Source: Octopus sinensis
Lineage: Eukaryota
Length of the DNA: 64,000 nt
Reading direction: 5' to 3'
NCBI RefSeq assembly: GCF_006345805.1
Contig: NC_043006.1
Coordinates: forward strand, 82,212,001-82,276,000
Shown here: positions 12,325-27,468 of the stretch, one piece after another
Layout of the letters: each line of letters begins with the position of its first letter
How positions within the stretch are numbered: position 1 is the stretch's first letter
The notes under the pieces: model-generated
What the model was told of the DNA's origin: nothing
Databases searched by the model: none
Seen by the model: the letters and a program-made list of their open reading frames with translations, nothing else
Made by a program: the position numbers and the translations under genes

Positions 12325-13840
12325 TCTATACATATAATGTTGTAACCTCTGTCTGTCTGTTTGTTATCGAACTCCTCCTTGGGCTTGAGAGATAGACCCT
12401 CATAACCATATATATTCTGAAACTACATTAACCAGGTTACTTTTATAAGTATATTTCATTTTGATCATGCTCCCCACTGAAAAATTTTTGCAATTGATTT
12501 AAATGAAATTTGAACTATAGGTAAATGAACAGAAATTATGCCTATTTCCAAAATATCAGCAAATTTCAATAATATTAAGAAATCCTAATGGGGGCTAAAC
12601 CCCAATTTATTGCAAATTTTGGAAGCCCATAACTTTAGTACTTGAACCTCTATTATCACGGGGGTTTTCTATTATTTAACGTAAAACAACAAAATTACCT
12701 CTCGTTTATAGAAAAATTCTACAAATTTACATATTTTATCTATGACAAAACATCACTAGAGTTATGGCAAAAAAGTTATTAATGAACACCTCTTCTTTTT
12801 TAACATTTTCTTTTTCTTAATTTTTCTTGAGACACCCATTATGCCACGGAAAAGGAAGTCCACTTAATCAAATATTCCACATGCACAAAGGGTGAAGCTT
12901 TGTCGCCAATCTGAAAGTTGTGATGCAAGGGAAGAACGACTTTCTAGGCAAAACCAAAGTCAAAGAGTGTCTCGCCAATCTGAAAGATGTGGTGCAAGGG
13001 ACGAACGACTTTCTAGACAGAGGCAAACAAATGAAACCTTCGGTGAGCGTCAAGAAAGACAGGAGCAAGATTTATTTCGCCATACAGTTGCAAGGAGAAA
13101 TGAATCTGAAGAAGAGAGAGACCAGCGTTTGATTGCTGATAGAAACAGGTATAAAAATTTAAGACAACGCGAGATTCAAAATGCTAAAGGTTCTGCATTA
13201 CTGTATGACAAAAATGACCCATGTAACAAGGTTGCAATTAGAGAAATGACCAAACTCCGTCAGTGTAGTGCTATGAAATTTACTGGAGAATCACCAGGAA
13301 TGTTTTGTGGAAATGGAATGGTTACACTGGATCCATTTCCACTGCTGCCTCAGTTATTTCAAGAACTGTTCACTGGGGAAAGTCAATTCAGCGAACACTT
13401 TTTGTCATGGCTCAGCGAGAACAAACTTTCTGTTTGCTATGACCAGTTTTGGTCACAAAGATGCATCTGTCCAAGGTTAGAATCCATCTTTAAGAATCCA
13501 AGGTCAAATTTACCATCAACTTCGAGAAAATAAGAGTTTCAAGGGAGAACATGCTCGGCGTTTTAATACACCAACAGGGGCTGAAGCTGCAATTTTAATG
13601 TCAAATAAACCTACAGAAACAGGGATATTGTTCTTTAGTTGAAACAAGGTAGTTTGAGAATTGCAGAGTTACATCGATCCCGTGATCCCTCGATGTATCC
13701 ATTGTTTCTTCCATATGGAACAGACGGCTACCACATATATTTGCATGCGAAAAATTACCACCGAGGAACCGTGAAATATCACGATTTGAGGATTTCGCGA
13801 CTCACCAATTATGCTACTTAATCCGGAGCAACGCCGCTAG
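12325..13840 (+). mobile_element. Internally deleted Helitron with RepHel N-terminus
   Basis: 5' TCTATACATATAA; MPRKRKS start at 12841; RQSE..AR.ERL repeats; CSAMKFTGESPGMFCGNG zinc-finger relic; ends gagcaacgccgCTAG followed by T. Confidence 0.85.
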
Positions 13841-13877
13841 TGTATGATATAAAAGTACGATTGGTATATATATATTC

Positions 13878-13931
<54 letters not shown>

Positions 13932-13972
13932 GAAAGAATGGAGTCGAACGACGATTTAACAAAATTCCTTTA

Positions 13973-14055
13973 TTCTCGACATATGTTTCGAAGACTGCAT
14001 ATTCTCAATTCCGAAGGAATAAAGGGTGCATTATGCCGCCTTCTCATCAGGAAAA
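13973..14055 (-). ncRNA. Type-I hammerhead ribozyme motif
   Basis: uuuuc CUGAUGA GAAGGC.GCAUA...UAUGC.GUCUUC GAAA CAUAUG UC gagaa; element flanked by (TA)n on both sides. Confidence 0.85.
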
Positions 14056-14152
14056 ACAAGGAACTTATGTCAGCATCATGATGAACAAAAACTTTTAGAT
14101 GACTGCCCACACGGAGTCCATAGTGATAATCATATAATCATATAACCATAAT

Positions 14153-14214
<62 letters not shown>

Positions 14215-15088
14215 ATGTATGTATGTATGTATGTATGTATGTATGTATGTATGTATATATATATATGTATATGTATATATGTATATGTATATATATGTAT
14301 ATATATATATATGTGTGTGTGTGTGAGTGTGTTTATGCATGTATTCTTGCATGACCGCCTGTATGCACGTATTTTAGTAAAACTTTTTAGTGAAAATTAT
14401 ATCAAATCGACACTTAGCTGTTACCTATTGAACGTCTATGAATAGTGACGATAAGAGAAAATATAACATAAAGTATTGTATTTTAGACACTGAATAGAAA
14501 TGTGTTGTTTTGTAGAGTATAAAAGGAAAAGCTGACGTCAGCAAGGTTTGAAATCAACAAAAAGCTGGAACAAATATCCACAGCGCCTCACACACACACA
14601 CATACACGCACGCACACACATACACACACACACACATACACACACACAAGCACACACACATAAGCAAACACACACTTACACGTACGCACACACACACGCC
14701 CACACATACGCCCGCACGAATACATACACGCAAACACACTCACACACATGCACATATGATATATAATTGTCAAAGAGGACAACAGACTTTAAGGCTAGCA
14801 AAACATACAATATTATTATTGTATACGACTTAAGTGTTTTTGTAGTATATTACTTACGTTAATTATCCTTTGGTATTATGCAATTTGTGTTCTGTTTTAA
14901 ACATTATCCTTTTGTATCTTTTTTAAAAGCGTTCATCCATTGTAGTGAGTGATTATTCATTTGATTCATATTAAATACTACACATGCGGCGTGTATATTT
15001 TTCATAGGTGCGCTGTATAATGTATTTGTAACGGTATATTGGACAATATTAAAGGAGATGCATGCAACTGCAGCAACGAATACAAAAG

Positions 15089-15089
15089 C

Positions 15090-15173
<84 letters not shown>

Positions 15174-15217
15174 AATAATGATGATGATGATGATGATGAT
15201 GATAATAATAATAATAA
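15089..15217. repeat. (AAT)n/(GAT)n microsatellite
   Basis: Direct reading. Confidence 0.95.
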
Positions 15218-15583
15218 TCTATATATACTATAATGGAGAAAACTGCTTATTAATTAGGTATGTAACAATTACTAAAAGTACTTAACGAAAGCAATTATTA
15301 TTATTGGTTGACTGTCTGGAAATATTTTTATAAATTCATGTTCGAAGAAATTTCCAATAATTTTGATTTCTCAAGTTTCTTGAATTTTTTAACTCCAATT
15401 TCTCGCAAATTGAAATATTCATTGCCATTCACTGCGTCCAATTCACAAATTTAAATATTCATTGCTTTCACTGTGGAGTATTCTATTCTCATTTGCAAAG
15501 TCTCTCACTTTCTCTTTTAAGTTTTCATTCGCTATTTGGAAAACCGACAGTTTATTCTATTAATGTATACGTAATTTATTATT

Positions 15584-15888
15584 TGTGGAGGCGTCATGGC
15601 CCAGTGGTTAGGGCAGCGCACTCGCGGTCGGAGGATCGCGGTTTCGATTCCCACACCGGGTGTTGTGTGTGTTTATTGAGCGAAAACATCTAAAGCTCGA
15701 AGAGGCAGGGGGTGGTAGCGACCCCTGTTGTACTCTTTCGTCCCAACTTTTTCTCACTCTTTCTTCCTGTTTCTTGAGTAACGCTGCGATGGACTGGCGT
15801 CCCGTCCCTGGGGGTAACACACACGCCACAGAAACCGGGAAACCGGGCCTATGAGCCTGGCTAAGCTTGAAAAGGACGCATAAAAAAA
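15584..15888 (+). mobile_element. SINE family 1, tail A
   Basis: Highly similar to 713-1004. Confidence 0.9.
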
Positions 15889-16069
15889 GTAAATTTACTA
15901 TTTATTGAATGAAAATTTTTAAAACACCCGTATAATTTTTTAACACAGGATAGCTGTGAGAAGAGCCTAGAAAGTTGAGTAATTACTATTAGAAGACGAG
16001 GAGAAAAAGAAAGTTACCGACAAGTACTCGAAACTTGCACCTTATTCACAGTTTCCAATCACTCTGTAC

Positions 16070-16470
16070 TTATTTCTTTACTACATTGTCTATCCAAGGG
16101 GCTAAACATAGAGAGGACATACAAGGACAGACAAACGGATTAAGTCGATTATATCTGGTACTTATTTAATCGACCCCGAAAGGATGAAAGGCAAAGTCGA
16201 CCTCGGTGGAATTTGAACTCAAAACGTAGTGGTAGACGAAATACCTATTTCTTTACTACCCACAAGGGGCTAAACACAGAGAGGACAGACAAACGGATTA
16301 AGTCGATTATATCGACTCCAGTGCGTAAGGGGTACTTAATTTATCGACCCTGAAGGGGATGAAAGGCAAAGTCGACCTCGGCGGAATTTGAACTCAGAAC
16401 GTAACGGCAGACGAAATACGGCTACGCATTTCGCCCAGCGTGCTAATGATTCTGCCAGATCGCCGCCTTA
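16070..16470 (-). mobile_element. SINE family 4, two adjacent copies
   Basis: cgacccYgaaRggatgaaaggcaaagtcgacctcgg present twice; matches 19653 and 40331. Confidence 0.85.
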
Positions 16471-16779
16471 AATACTCTGTACCACTAAGCCAATATATAC
16501 ACAAATAAGTTGCCCGGGCGACTTCAACAGTGACACACTCGCGCACATATATAGATACACAAACATACAAATGAAAGGCAATGAATGTGTGTGTGTGTAT
16601 ACTGGTAGAATGTGTTACATAAAACATCTTTTTCTCTTGGCTTTCTTGAGAAAATTCTGTAGTTTGTAAGCTATTTGTTGTTTAATTTCTTGCATTTCGG
16701 CAATATCAACCCATCAATGGGTTGATATTGAGGTGAATACAATTACTCCGAGTCTTTGTCAATAACAATTATTTGTTGT

Positions 16780-17686
<907 letters not shown>

Positions 17687-18099
17687 GAGTGTGTGTTTGC
17701 GTAATGAAATGAAATAATAAACGGAAACCAGAAAATCAAATGCAACGGACCTGCTATTGTGATAATCTCTCTTTTTTTATAAAGATCTCGTTTCAAGTCG
17801 TATTGTTTCTTCTATTGATATTTTGTATATTCACTTCCTTGGTTTTTTTTCTTTTGTTGTTTGTTTTTCTTTTCTTTTTTTTTCAAAAACACATTGCAAT
17901 AAAGCAATTACATCGTAGAAGAATCATATAAAAACTGTTATATTCACCTTTTTTTGTGTGTTTTTAGATTACTAAAATGGTTCTTCTACGGTTTAATTGC
18001 CTTAGATTCAACATAACGATTTCATATCAAGTCACCCGCCAGACAACTACAACACCGAAATTAAGAAAGGAGAAAAAATGCATTTAGCTTGTATAAGAT

Positions 18100-18146
<47 letters not shown>

Positions 18147-18155
18147 GCGTGTGTG

Positions 18156-18188
<33 letters not shown>

Positions 18189-18289
18189 CTTTGGAAGAAA
18201 GGATTGGGAAATAACGATAACACAAAAGAGATGAATTAAGTTAAGGATGCCAGGCAATAGAAAACCTTATTATAAGTGCTTAATTATCG

Positions 18290-18638
18290 TTTGTTATTGT
18301 TGTTAATGATAATGATGGTGTTGCTGGATGATAATGGCGACAACTACGATGATTGTGATGGTGATGATGGTAACTATCATGATTACGACAGCTATGATGA
18401 TGATGATGGCTATGATGACTACGACTGCTATGACGATGACGACGACGATGATGAAGAGGAGAACGGCGACGGCAACGTTGATGATGATGATGATGATGAT
18501 GATGATGACGATGACGACAATCGAAGGTCATGTTGGTGGTGGTGGTGGTGGTGGTGGTGATGATGATGATGATGATGATGATGATCACGATAATGATGAT
18601 CGAAGTTGTTATGTTGGCGGTGGTGGTGGTGGTGGTGG

Positions 18639-18672
<34 letters not shown>

Positions 18673-18700
18673 ATTGTTATGATGATGATGAAGATGATGG

Positions 18701-18743
<43 letters not shown>

Positions 18744-18997
18744 CACGATGATGGTGATGACTACGACGGCGACAACGATGACGACACTGCTGCTGTTGCT
18801 GCTGCTGATGAGGATGATGATGATGACGATGATCATGATGACAACGATGGAGACGGTGACAAAGAGGACGATGAAGATGACAATGACGTCAATGATGATG
18901 ACGATGACGATTATGAGGCGACGACGGCGATGAGGATGATGATTATGCCGAGGAGGAAGATGACAATAATGACAATGTCGACAAAGATGATGATGGC
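18290..18997. repeat. Degenerate (GAT/GAC/GGT)n trinucleotide region
   Basis: Direct reading; source of the poly-D and poly-M pseudo-ORFs. Confidence 0.95.
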
Positions 18998-19149
18998 GTA
19001 TTTTACTTCCTGCCAGCCCTTAATCCAGCAGATTTATGCTTAAAAGTATTCCAACTATGAACCACCCCGTCTTTCTCTATATCAGCCATTACGCTGTCCG
19101 ATGTGGGTTTTCCGATCGTTTTTTCTTTTCTCTATTTTTAGAAATAGAA

Positions 19150-19344
19150 TAGAGGCGTAGGAGTGGCCGTGTGGTAAGTAGCTTGTTTACCAACCACATG
19201 GTTCCGGGTTCAGTCCCATTGCGTGGCACTTTGGACAAGTGTCTTCTACTATAGCCTCGGGTCGACCAAAGCCTTGTGAGTGGATGTGGTAGACGGAAAC
19301 TGAAAGAAGCCCGACGTTATATAATATGTATATATTATTATATA

Positions 19345-19376
<32 letters not shown>

Positions 19377-19545
19377 TGGGTGTGGGTGGTGTGTGTGTGT
19401 GTTGTGTTGTGTGTGTCTGTCCTGTCTGTCTGTCTGTCTGTTTGTCCCCCCAACATCGATTGACAACCGTTGCTGGTGGTTTACGTCATCGTTTCTTAGC
19501 GGTTCGGCAAAAGAGTCCGATACAATAAGTACTAGGCTTACTAGG
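19150..19545 (+). mobile_element. SINE family 3
   Basis: Matches 5443; 3' tail missing. Confidence 0.85.
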
Positions 19546-19652
19546 CTCTCTTTTCCTTTCCTATCCACAGGTCTTAATAAGTAGTATCAATCAACATATA
19601 CCCAGTATATACGATGATTCATATACCCTGTACCACTTATACAACATTAACT

Positions 19653-19885
19653 TATTTCTTTACTACCCACAAGGGGCTAAACACAGAGGGGACAAACAAG
19701 GACAGACAAACGGATTAAGTCGATTACATCGACCCCAGTGCGTAACTGGTACTTAATTTATCGACCCCGAAAGGGTGAAAGGCAAAGTCGACCTCGGCGG
19801 AATTTGAACTCAGAACGTAACAGCAGACGAAATACCACAAAGCATTTCGCCCAGCGTGCTAACGTTTCTGCCAGCTCGCCGCCTT
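19653..19885 (-). mobile_element. SINE family 4
   Basis: Full copy; 13-bp TSD tacaacattRact with 1 mismatch. Confidence 0.9.
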
Positions 19886-20606
19886 TACAACATTGACTAA
19901 CTGAATGTACATTCCTGATGTGGTAAACAAAATATTTGGAAACCCTGATGAAACTTATAGTGATTATTGTCAATACGCGCAACCTCAAAGTCTCCTTGAT
20001 ATGAGAACAACTACAAAAGAAGGGTTATATCAACCACCCAACACTCTATTTGAGAAGTAGTTACTTTTACATCTAGATTCATAAATGAGTTAGATAAAAG
20101 TGGATGCACCTATGACTGCAATGAAATCAGAAAATCGAATCTGTAAATTATCAATAATCTTTAAGAGGTTTTTTTTATATACATTTATTGATTGGAATTA
20201 AATGTGATTGCAGTCTCCAAGTGCAATCTATTATTTGAAAGTAAAAACGTTGAACATTTTCATGTATATCTGAGATTTCCACGACATCGATTGTTTAAGC
20301 ATTTATCGAACTCACCAACTGTGAAATAATTTCGATTTCTCTTTGAAGTTCGTGATTAAAATTATTAATCAATGTTGATATCACGTTCAAAAAATGATTA
20401 ACCGGCTAGCCATGATTGATTACTAAATTCATCACGAGAATTCACCACGGTGTTATGAAAAACAAAATGACTTCGAGAAACACCTCTTCAAATCTACAAG
20501 TTTTTTCCCCCTTCCTGTGGCCAACACAGTGTCCACGTTCTCTAAAGGGACCTTAATTATCCTTTCTTGCAGAGGCTTTGCTTGAGTGGAGTCATGTCCA
20601 TCGTTA

Positions 20607-20643
<37 letters not shown>

Positions 20644-21574
20644 GTCACTGGACGGCACTGCCCTTTCACTATTCAAAGGTGCGCCCTCAGATTCTGAAAA
20701 TACAGTTTACACAAATCGTCCTACAATACATTTCTTGAAGTCTGACTAACATGCCCATCGCCAAGGAGGCGCCCTGGACGGCACTGCACTCACTATTCAA
20801 TGGTGCCCCTTCGAATTTAGAAAATACAGTTTACAAAATTCTTCTTGCAATACAAATTGGTGCCTATCCAGAATATTCTGAAGCACCTCTAGGCATCAAA
20901 GTCTGGCGACGGACCCTCGTAGAGTTTTATTTTTATTTTAAAAATCACGTTTATGATGTGTTTATATTTAATAACTTGTTATTGATGATGTGGTGACTTA
21001 TAAAAGATGGAAAAGCTTCGTACTTCTTACAAAGACTACCAACTTTTTTCTATCATTACTGGAATACCGTCAGTTGTAATTGAAACTCATTTTTTAAAGG
21101 GGTATCTTCGAAGTCGATCATTTAATTCTTTTCACCACACTATGGTAAAAAAAGAAAAAGAAATCCATCAGTGAAAAATAGCTTTTTAACTCTACAATCT
21201 TATGATGTCTTCACATTTAATAAGTCTGAAATATAAAACTTACTGGTGAATGGTATAATGGTAACATGCGAAGACTAACAATAGCCATTATTCTTTCTAT
21301 CATTGCTGGAGCACCATTCGTTGTGAATGAAACCAATTATTAAAGTGGTGCATCATTTTCACGAGGAAAATTCTTGGAAGTTTGATCAATACCTTCAAAA
21401 TGCGTTTTCGATTTTTGAGGAAAGTGATAAAAAATTATCTTTTATATTTGAGAAAATCATACAAAAAAGAGGGTAAAAAAAGATAATTTGGGAAACGCCA
21501 ACAATACCAGTAGATTCATCAAAATGCAAGCTAAAAGAATCTGCATTTTACCAAATGAAATTTTATTGTTCTGT

Positions 21575-21860
21575 AGGCGCAGGCATGGCTGTAAGATTAA
21601 GATATTTGCTTTGCAACCACCTGGTTTCAGATGCAATCCTATTTCGCGGTACCTTGATGGAGTGTCTTCTACTAAGACCGCAGGTTTACCAATACATTGT
21701 GAGTAAATTTAGAGTTTACGTCCTCGTAACTTAGCAAAAAGAGTTTCAGAGGATAAGTACAAGACTTAAAACAAGTACTGGGCCGATCTGTTAACTAACC
21801 CCTTCAAAGCGGCGTCTCAGCGTGGCTGCAATCCAATGACTTAAACAAGTAAAAGATAAA
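21575..21860 (+). mobile_element. Old, diverged SINE family 3 copy
   Basis: Head ggcgcaggcatggctgt and tail ggcgtctcagcgtggctgcaatccaatgacttaaacaagtaaaaga. Confidence 0.65.
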
Positions 21861-22550
21861 ATAAAATAAGATAAAATAAGATAAAATAGAAAAGTATTTT
21901 TGAACTACGTGTAACTGCATTCTTCTAAAATGGCATAGATTTTATTGCTGTATCAGCGATTCTTTTTTAACAAACAAAACCGTGTTAGTCTCAACCACAT
22001 ATTCTTTCCTCGTTTCCTCATTAACGAAAGGTGTTTTCTTTTTGGCAACAACTTTTATGACAATGAAAGATGCCGTTGTAAGCGCACTTGATTTAGAAAT
22101 AAATTACATTTTATTCTATATGTATAATTAATTTTTTCTCTTTTTGCTTTTGCATACTAGCCAACTTATTTTCCATTGCTTTGCTTTAACCTTCCTTAAA
22201 GTCCTGTTGGCCAGAATATTCAGCAATAATCATCCTTGTTGATTGATTAACTTAATTCGATTTTGTGCTTAAATAATGTTTCCTGGCAACAAGCCTTTGT
22301 CGTTCATTTTTTTGTGATAGGCGGTAGTATAGTTACGAGTTCAAGCGTTGGCTTCGCTTCTACGTGGTTCTGAGTCCGACTCATGATGCAATATCTTAGG
22401 TAAGTGGTTTCTTACCAAAGCTGCCAGTTAACTAATGTTTTCACAAAAGAATCAGTGGAATTTGGTAGCGTAAACCTCCAAAAGCCTGTCATATATAAAA
22501 GCACACGAACACACACACACACATACACATACACATACATGCTTATCACG

Positions 22551-22582
<32 letters not shown>

Positions 22583-22673
22583 GATATATTATTATATATA
22601 TATATATGCATAGATATATGCATATACATATGTTGTGTGTGCCTGTGTATGTGTTCCTGTGGTTGTGTGTTGT

Positions 22674-22705
<32 letters not shown>

Positions 22706-22734
22706 ATATATATATAGTATGTATGTATATATAT

Positions 22735-23050
22735 CGGGCCGACCAAAGCCTTGTGAGTGGATTTAGTAGACGGAAACTGAAAGAAGCCCGTCGTACGTGT
22801 GTGTGTGCGCGCGCACGTGTGTGTGTGTGTTTGCGTGCGTGTGTGTATATTTGTGTATCTGTGTTTGTCCCACAATCGCTTGACAACCGATGTTGGTGTT
22901 TTTACGTCCCCCGTAACATAGCGGTTCGGCAAAAGTGACCGATAGAATAAGTATTAGGCTTACAAAGATTAAGTTCTGGGGTCGATTTGGTCGACTAAAG
23001 GTGGTGCTCCAGCATGGCCGCAGTCAAATGACTGAATCAAATAAAAGAAT
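22735..23050 (+). mobile_element. SINE family 3, 5'-truncated
   Basis: Matches 5443 from cgggccgaccaaagcc onward. Confidence 0.85.
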
Positions 23051-23121
23051 AACAGAATATGCACAAACATGCACACATATAGTGCATACATACATTTATA
23101 CATACATATGTATGTATATAC

Positions 23122-23160
<39 letters not shown>

Positions 23161-23542
23161 AGAGAGAGTGAGAGATGAAAGGCTTTTGTACGCACACGCG
23201 TACATACATGCATACGTCTGTATGTATTTATGTTCACCGGTTTAAACCTGTGCTGTGTCCTCTTCACGTCAAAGCGTGACTTTGCAATTCGATAAATAGA
23301 ATCAATAAAATGAATATCATCCACGTAAACACTAGAATCTATACAATCGACAAAAAAATTACACGCACATACAAGAGAAAAGAATACAAACGAACGAAGT
23401 GCATTATTTGAGGCGTTGTCCTAGCAAATCCACCATCTAATAAATGAAGTCAGAATAATTGAATAACAGAATAAAAGAATAAAAGAATAAAAGAATATGG
23501 AAACAAACAACAAGCATTTCAATGAACACGGGATGAATATCA

Positions 23543-23619
<77 letters not shown>

Positions 23620-24007
23620 TGTGTGTGTGTGCGTGTGTGTGTGTCATTTATTTTTTCATCTTTTACTTGTTTCAGTTATTAGGTGGCGGTCATGGCTGGA
23701 GTACCGCCTTGAAGAATTTTAAGTCGAACGAATCGACACCCCCATTACTTATTTTAAAGCCTTGTACTTATTCTATCGGTACTCTTTTGCCGAACTGCTA
23801 TAGAACACAACGTACAACTCTGTCCAAGAATCGAACTCATGATCCAGGGACCGAAAGTGGAGCATCCAAGCCACTGGGCCACTGTGAATTTCTTGTATAA
23901 GGTATGGGTTCAGAGAATCATGTGGCTCCCACAGAAAGCCTTTTTTACGGACTTGGCTAAGAGTCCATTTAGCAATCCAGTACAGAGAAGTATCGCCATA
24001 ATTTACT

Positions 24008-24176
24008 GGTGATCTGATGAGCTAACTTTCTCTATTTGCATTGATTTGTGAACATACAACTGTATTGTATAATGCCGAGTATGCATATTAATGTAAGCGT
24101 GTAAGTATAACTTCTTTCACACTCAACCCACTGAAGTTAATATTCCATGAAGGAAGTTGCGAAACGGCTGTAAACC
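24008..24176 (+). ncRNA. Candidate hammerhead with a very long (about 140 nt) stem II region
   Basis: CUGAUGA GC.AACUUUC ... GGAAGUUGC GAAA CGGCUG UA; near-palindromic stem III. Confidence 0.5.
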
Positions 24177-24335
24177 TACATTTTCCTCCGATGCTTCCCG
24201 ACTTTCATGATATATTTATGTGTGTGTGAGTGCGTGTGAGAGTGTGGGTGTACTGTGGACGTGTGTGTGTATGTATGTATGTATGTATGTATGTATGTAT
24301 GTATGTATGTATGTATGTATGTATGTATGTTGTAT

Positions 24336-24692
24336 GTATGTGCAAGACCCTGCTTAAGTAAAGCTGGACTCAAGAGTCATCTTCGTAGTCATAAAGCGAG
24401 ACAGATGAGTGACAATCTGGCCACTGGTGGTAGTGTAACACACCATACTAATCATATCTGTCGGGCATGTGGAAGAGAGTGTAATTCGGCAGGAGGACTT
24501 AAACGACATGCAAAGGTACATGAAGCCCAGTTACAACTACAGCCGGCCATTACCGGTAAAGGTTTTAGTTGCCAATTCTGTACAAGACATTGTAGATCTT
24601 TAGCTGGGCTAATAAGTCACATTCGATCACAGCACCAATAACAGTTAAGCTTCGTGCAGTGGCCATACTCGATAACGAGGGGGCAGCCATCA
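24336..24692 (+). mobile_element. 3' end of an RTE-like LINE with three C2H2 fingers, inside (TGTA)n
   Basis: CARPCLSKAGLKSH, CRACGRECNSAGGLKRH and CQFCTRHCRSLAGLISH, stop at 24641, short 3' UTR; similar fingers follow the RTE RT relic at 52400. Confidence 0.7.
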
Positions 24693-25801
24693 TGTATGTA
24701 TGTATGTATGTATGTATGTATGTATGTATGTATGTATGTATGTATGTATGTATGTATGCGTGTATATATGTATGTATACATACATACATGTATGTGTGTG
24801 TCTTAAACATTACCAACACCAGAAACACCAGTTTCCCAGATCCAGCATTTGATTATGTTGCAAATACATATGTCTTTTTTATTTTTTAACTAGTTCCAAT
24901 ATATTTTATCGGAAATCAATTTTCCGTCTGTAGTTCAAACATGTAACATTTACTTCTGTAAAAAAAAAAAAGGAAAAAAAGACCAAAAAAAAAACTATTA
25001 CATTAAAAACAAATTAAGATAGATTAAGAATTCAGAGTAAATTATTTTCCCATGAATAACCAACAAAAATCTGTAAAAATCATGTCGCCAAGCTATGTTA
25101 CAAAATTTTATCAACTCACATAGTACGCACACGCGCACAAACGTACACATATATGTGTTTATGCTTATGTGTGTGTGTGTGTATCTGTGTATGTTCTGTG
25201 TGCGTGTACGCGCATATAACATGTAGCTTTTATAATCTGAGATGGATCGTTGAGTCACAATCAAGAGCCAACGGAGTGACAAATCGGGGTGGTGTAGGGA
25301 AGAGGGTGGAGAATAATTAAAGAAAATTTTTTTGTCAAAATACGGTCATTCGAGAAATGCGTATCTGTCTATCTGTCTATCTATGTCTCTATCTATCTAG
25401 CTTGTTGTTGATCAATCGATCGACCTATCGATATATCGAACAATCTGTCTAGCTGGTGAGGGAGCGAGCGAGGTACTTGCATATTATTCTCTTCCCATCT
25501 GTCTCTCTCCCTCTCTCTCTGTATATATAAGAGAGTGAGTGAGTGTGTGTGTGTGCGTATATCTATCTATCTATCTATCTATCTATAAAATCTTTATAAG
25601 AATTTATCAAGTACTTAGGGCAAAAAACCTCATAAGGGAAAAATTTATTATTCCCTATAAATATATTTATATATGACCTTAATATAAATAATATATATAT
25701 ATATATATATAGGGAGAATTCACAAAAAAAACAAAAGACGAAGACAGGTGGTGTAGACAATAAACAGATGTATTAGCTTAACCCTCGGGAAGTGAAAAAA
25801 A

Positions 25802-25837
25802 TTTTTAACATTTCGAGCCTACGCTCTTCCACAGAAA
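25802..25837 (-). ncRNA. Degenerate minimal hammerhead
   Basis: CUGuGGA a GAGC guag GCUC GAAA ugUU; related to 56441; the core A is substituted, so probably inactive. Confidence 0.45.
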
Positions 25838-25899
25838 GAAACAGGGGGAGAAAATAAAGAATGTGTAGTGGCTAGCGATTTATCATGGCGAATATTCGT

Positions 25900-26258
25900 T
25901 TATTCTGTTGCTTGTTTCAGTTATTTGATTGCAGCCATGCTGAAACACCACCTTTAGTCCCACAAATCAACCGCAGGACTTATTCTTTGTAAGCCTAGTA
26001 CTTATTCTATCGGTCTCGGTTGCCGAACCGCTAAGTTACGAGGACATAAACACACCAACATCGATTGTCAAGCGATGGTAGGAGGGGGACAAGCGCAGAC
26101 ACACAAACATACCAAATCCAAATCCACTCACAAGGCTTTGGTCGGCCTGAGGAAATAGTAGAAGTCACTCGCCAAAGGTATCACGTAGTGGGACTGAACC
26201 CAGAACCATGTGGTTGGGACCAGCTAATTACCACAAAGCCACCTCCTGCGCCTGCTCC
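25900..26258 (-). mobile_element. SINE family 3
   Basis: Reverse complement of the 5443 family. Confidence 0.8.
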
Positions 26259-26294
26259 TATATATATCTATACACACACACATACATACATACA

Positions 26295-26371
<77 letters not shown>

Positions 26372-26539
26372 CTGAGAGAGAGAGAGCAATAAGAAAATGG
26401 AGGGGATCAATAGCTGGTACATCAACTTTTAGACATAATATTATGTTAACTTATTTATTTACTAAACTGACAATTCACGCAGTGGGACTGAACCCCGAAT
26501 CGTGTGGTTGGTAAGCCAGCTAATTACCACAAAGCTACC

Positions 26540-26676
26540 TGGTACTTATTCAATCGACCCTGAAAGGGATGAAAGGCAAAGTCGACCTCGGCGGAATTTG
26601 AACTCAGAACGTAGCGGCAGACGAAATACCGCAAAGCATTTCGCCCGGCTTGCTAACGATTCTGCCAGCTCACTGC
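26540..26676 (-). mobile_element. SINE family 4, partial
   Basis: Matches the head and core of 19653. Confidence 0.8.
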
Positions 26677-27400
26677 CCTGCCTGTAGTAATTATTATAGT
26701 CATAGTAATTACGGTGGGGTTTCATTGATATTTATATATTTCAGTTGTGAAGGTGTCATCGATGTAACACTACAGTCGTGTTGTACAAGACTTCTTTATC
26801 CTTACCACGATGGCTTGGTACTGGTGGTATTTAGGAAGTGACTGGTGAATGTGATCTGATTGGTTGCTTAATTTATTGTTGTGCTATATTGCAACATAAA
26901 ATGAAGTCAGGTCATTCTAAACAACATTTCTGCATTTGGAGAATCCAGGATTTTAATTATTCCGGCAGAAAATAAGATTCACAAAAGCATGGTTAGTGTG
27001 GATGTCTCAGTTGCTATAACAAGCGTCATTTTCGTTTTTTTGCTTTAATACCTCAAAATGTTGTTATTTAAAAAAAAAAAAAACTAAATCATAAAAAAAT
27101 AAAATGGAATAGAAAATATCCGTGAAACTAAGTTGTTAAACTGAAATAAAGTAAAGTTATGATGACATTACAGTATCATTTTTCACTTTATATTCAAGCT
27201 GCTACTTTTGCATAAAGAAACATCATATTGGTCGTGTGGTTAATACTACTTTCGCATCAATGTGGCCGTGGGTTCATTCGCACTAGTCTTCTACAATAGC
27301 CTCGAACCGACTTAAGCGTCGTGAGCAGATTAGGTAGGGTAGACGGAAAGCCTACTAAGTGTGTGTGAGTGTATGTATATATGTATATATTGTATATATA

Positions 27401-27464
<64 letters not shown>

Positions 27465-27468
<4 letters not shown>

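Noticed and set aside
18276-18933. Long poly-D/poly-M ORFs, and all YI, HT, CV, YLSI and MYVC ORFs elsewhere
   Set aside because: Translations of microsatellites that happen to lack stops; no domain content
19940-19965. Isolated CTGATGA/CTGAAGA boxes here and near 8788, 13106, 43081, 49515 and 54156
   Set aside because: No closing stem II followed by GAAA and UH
20648-20836. About 65-bp direct repeat at 126-bp spacing
   Set aside because: Real but only two diverged copies; probably internal to an old DNA element
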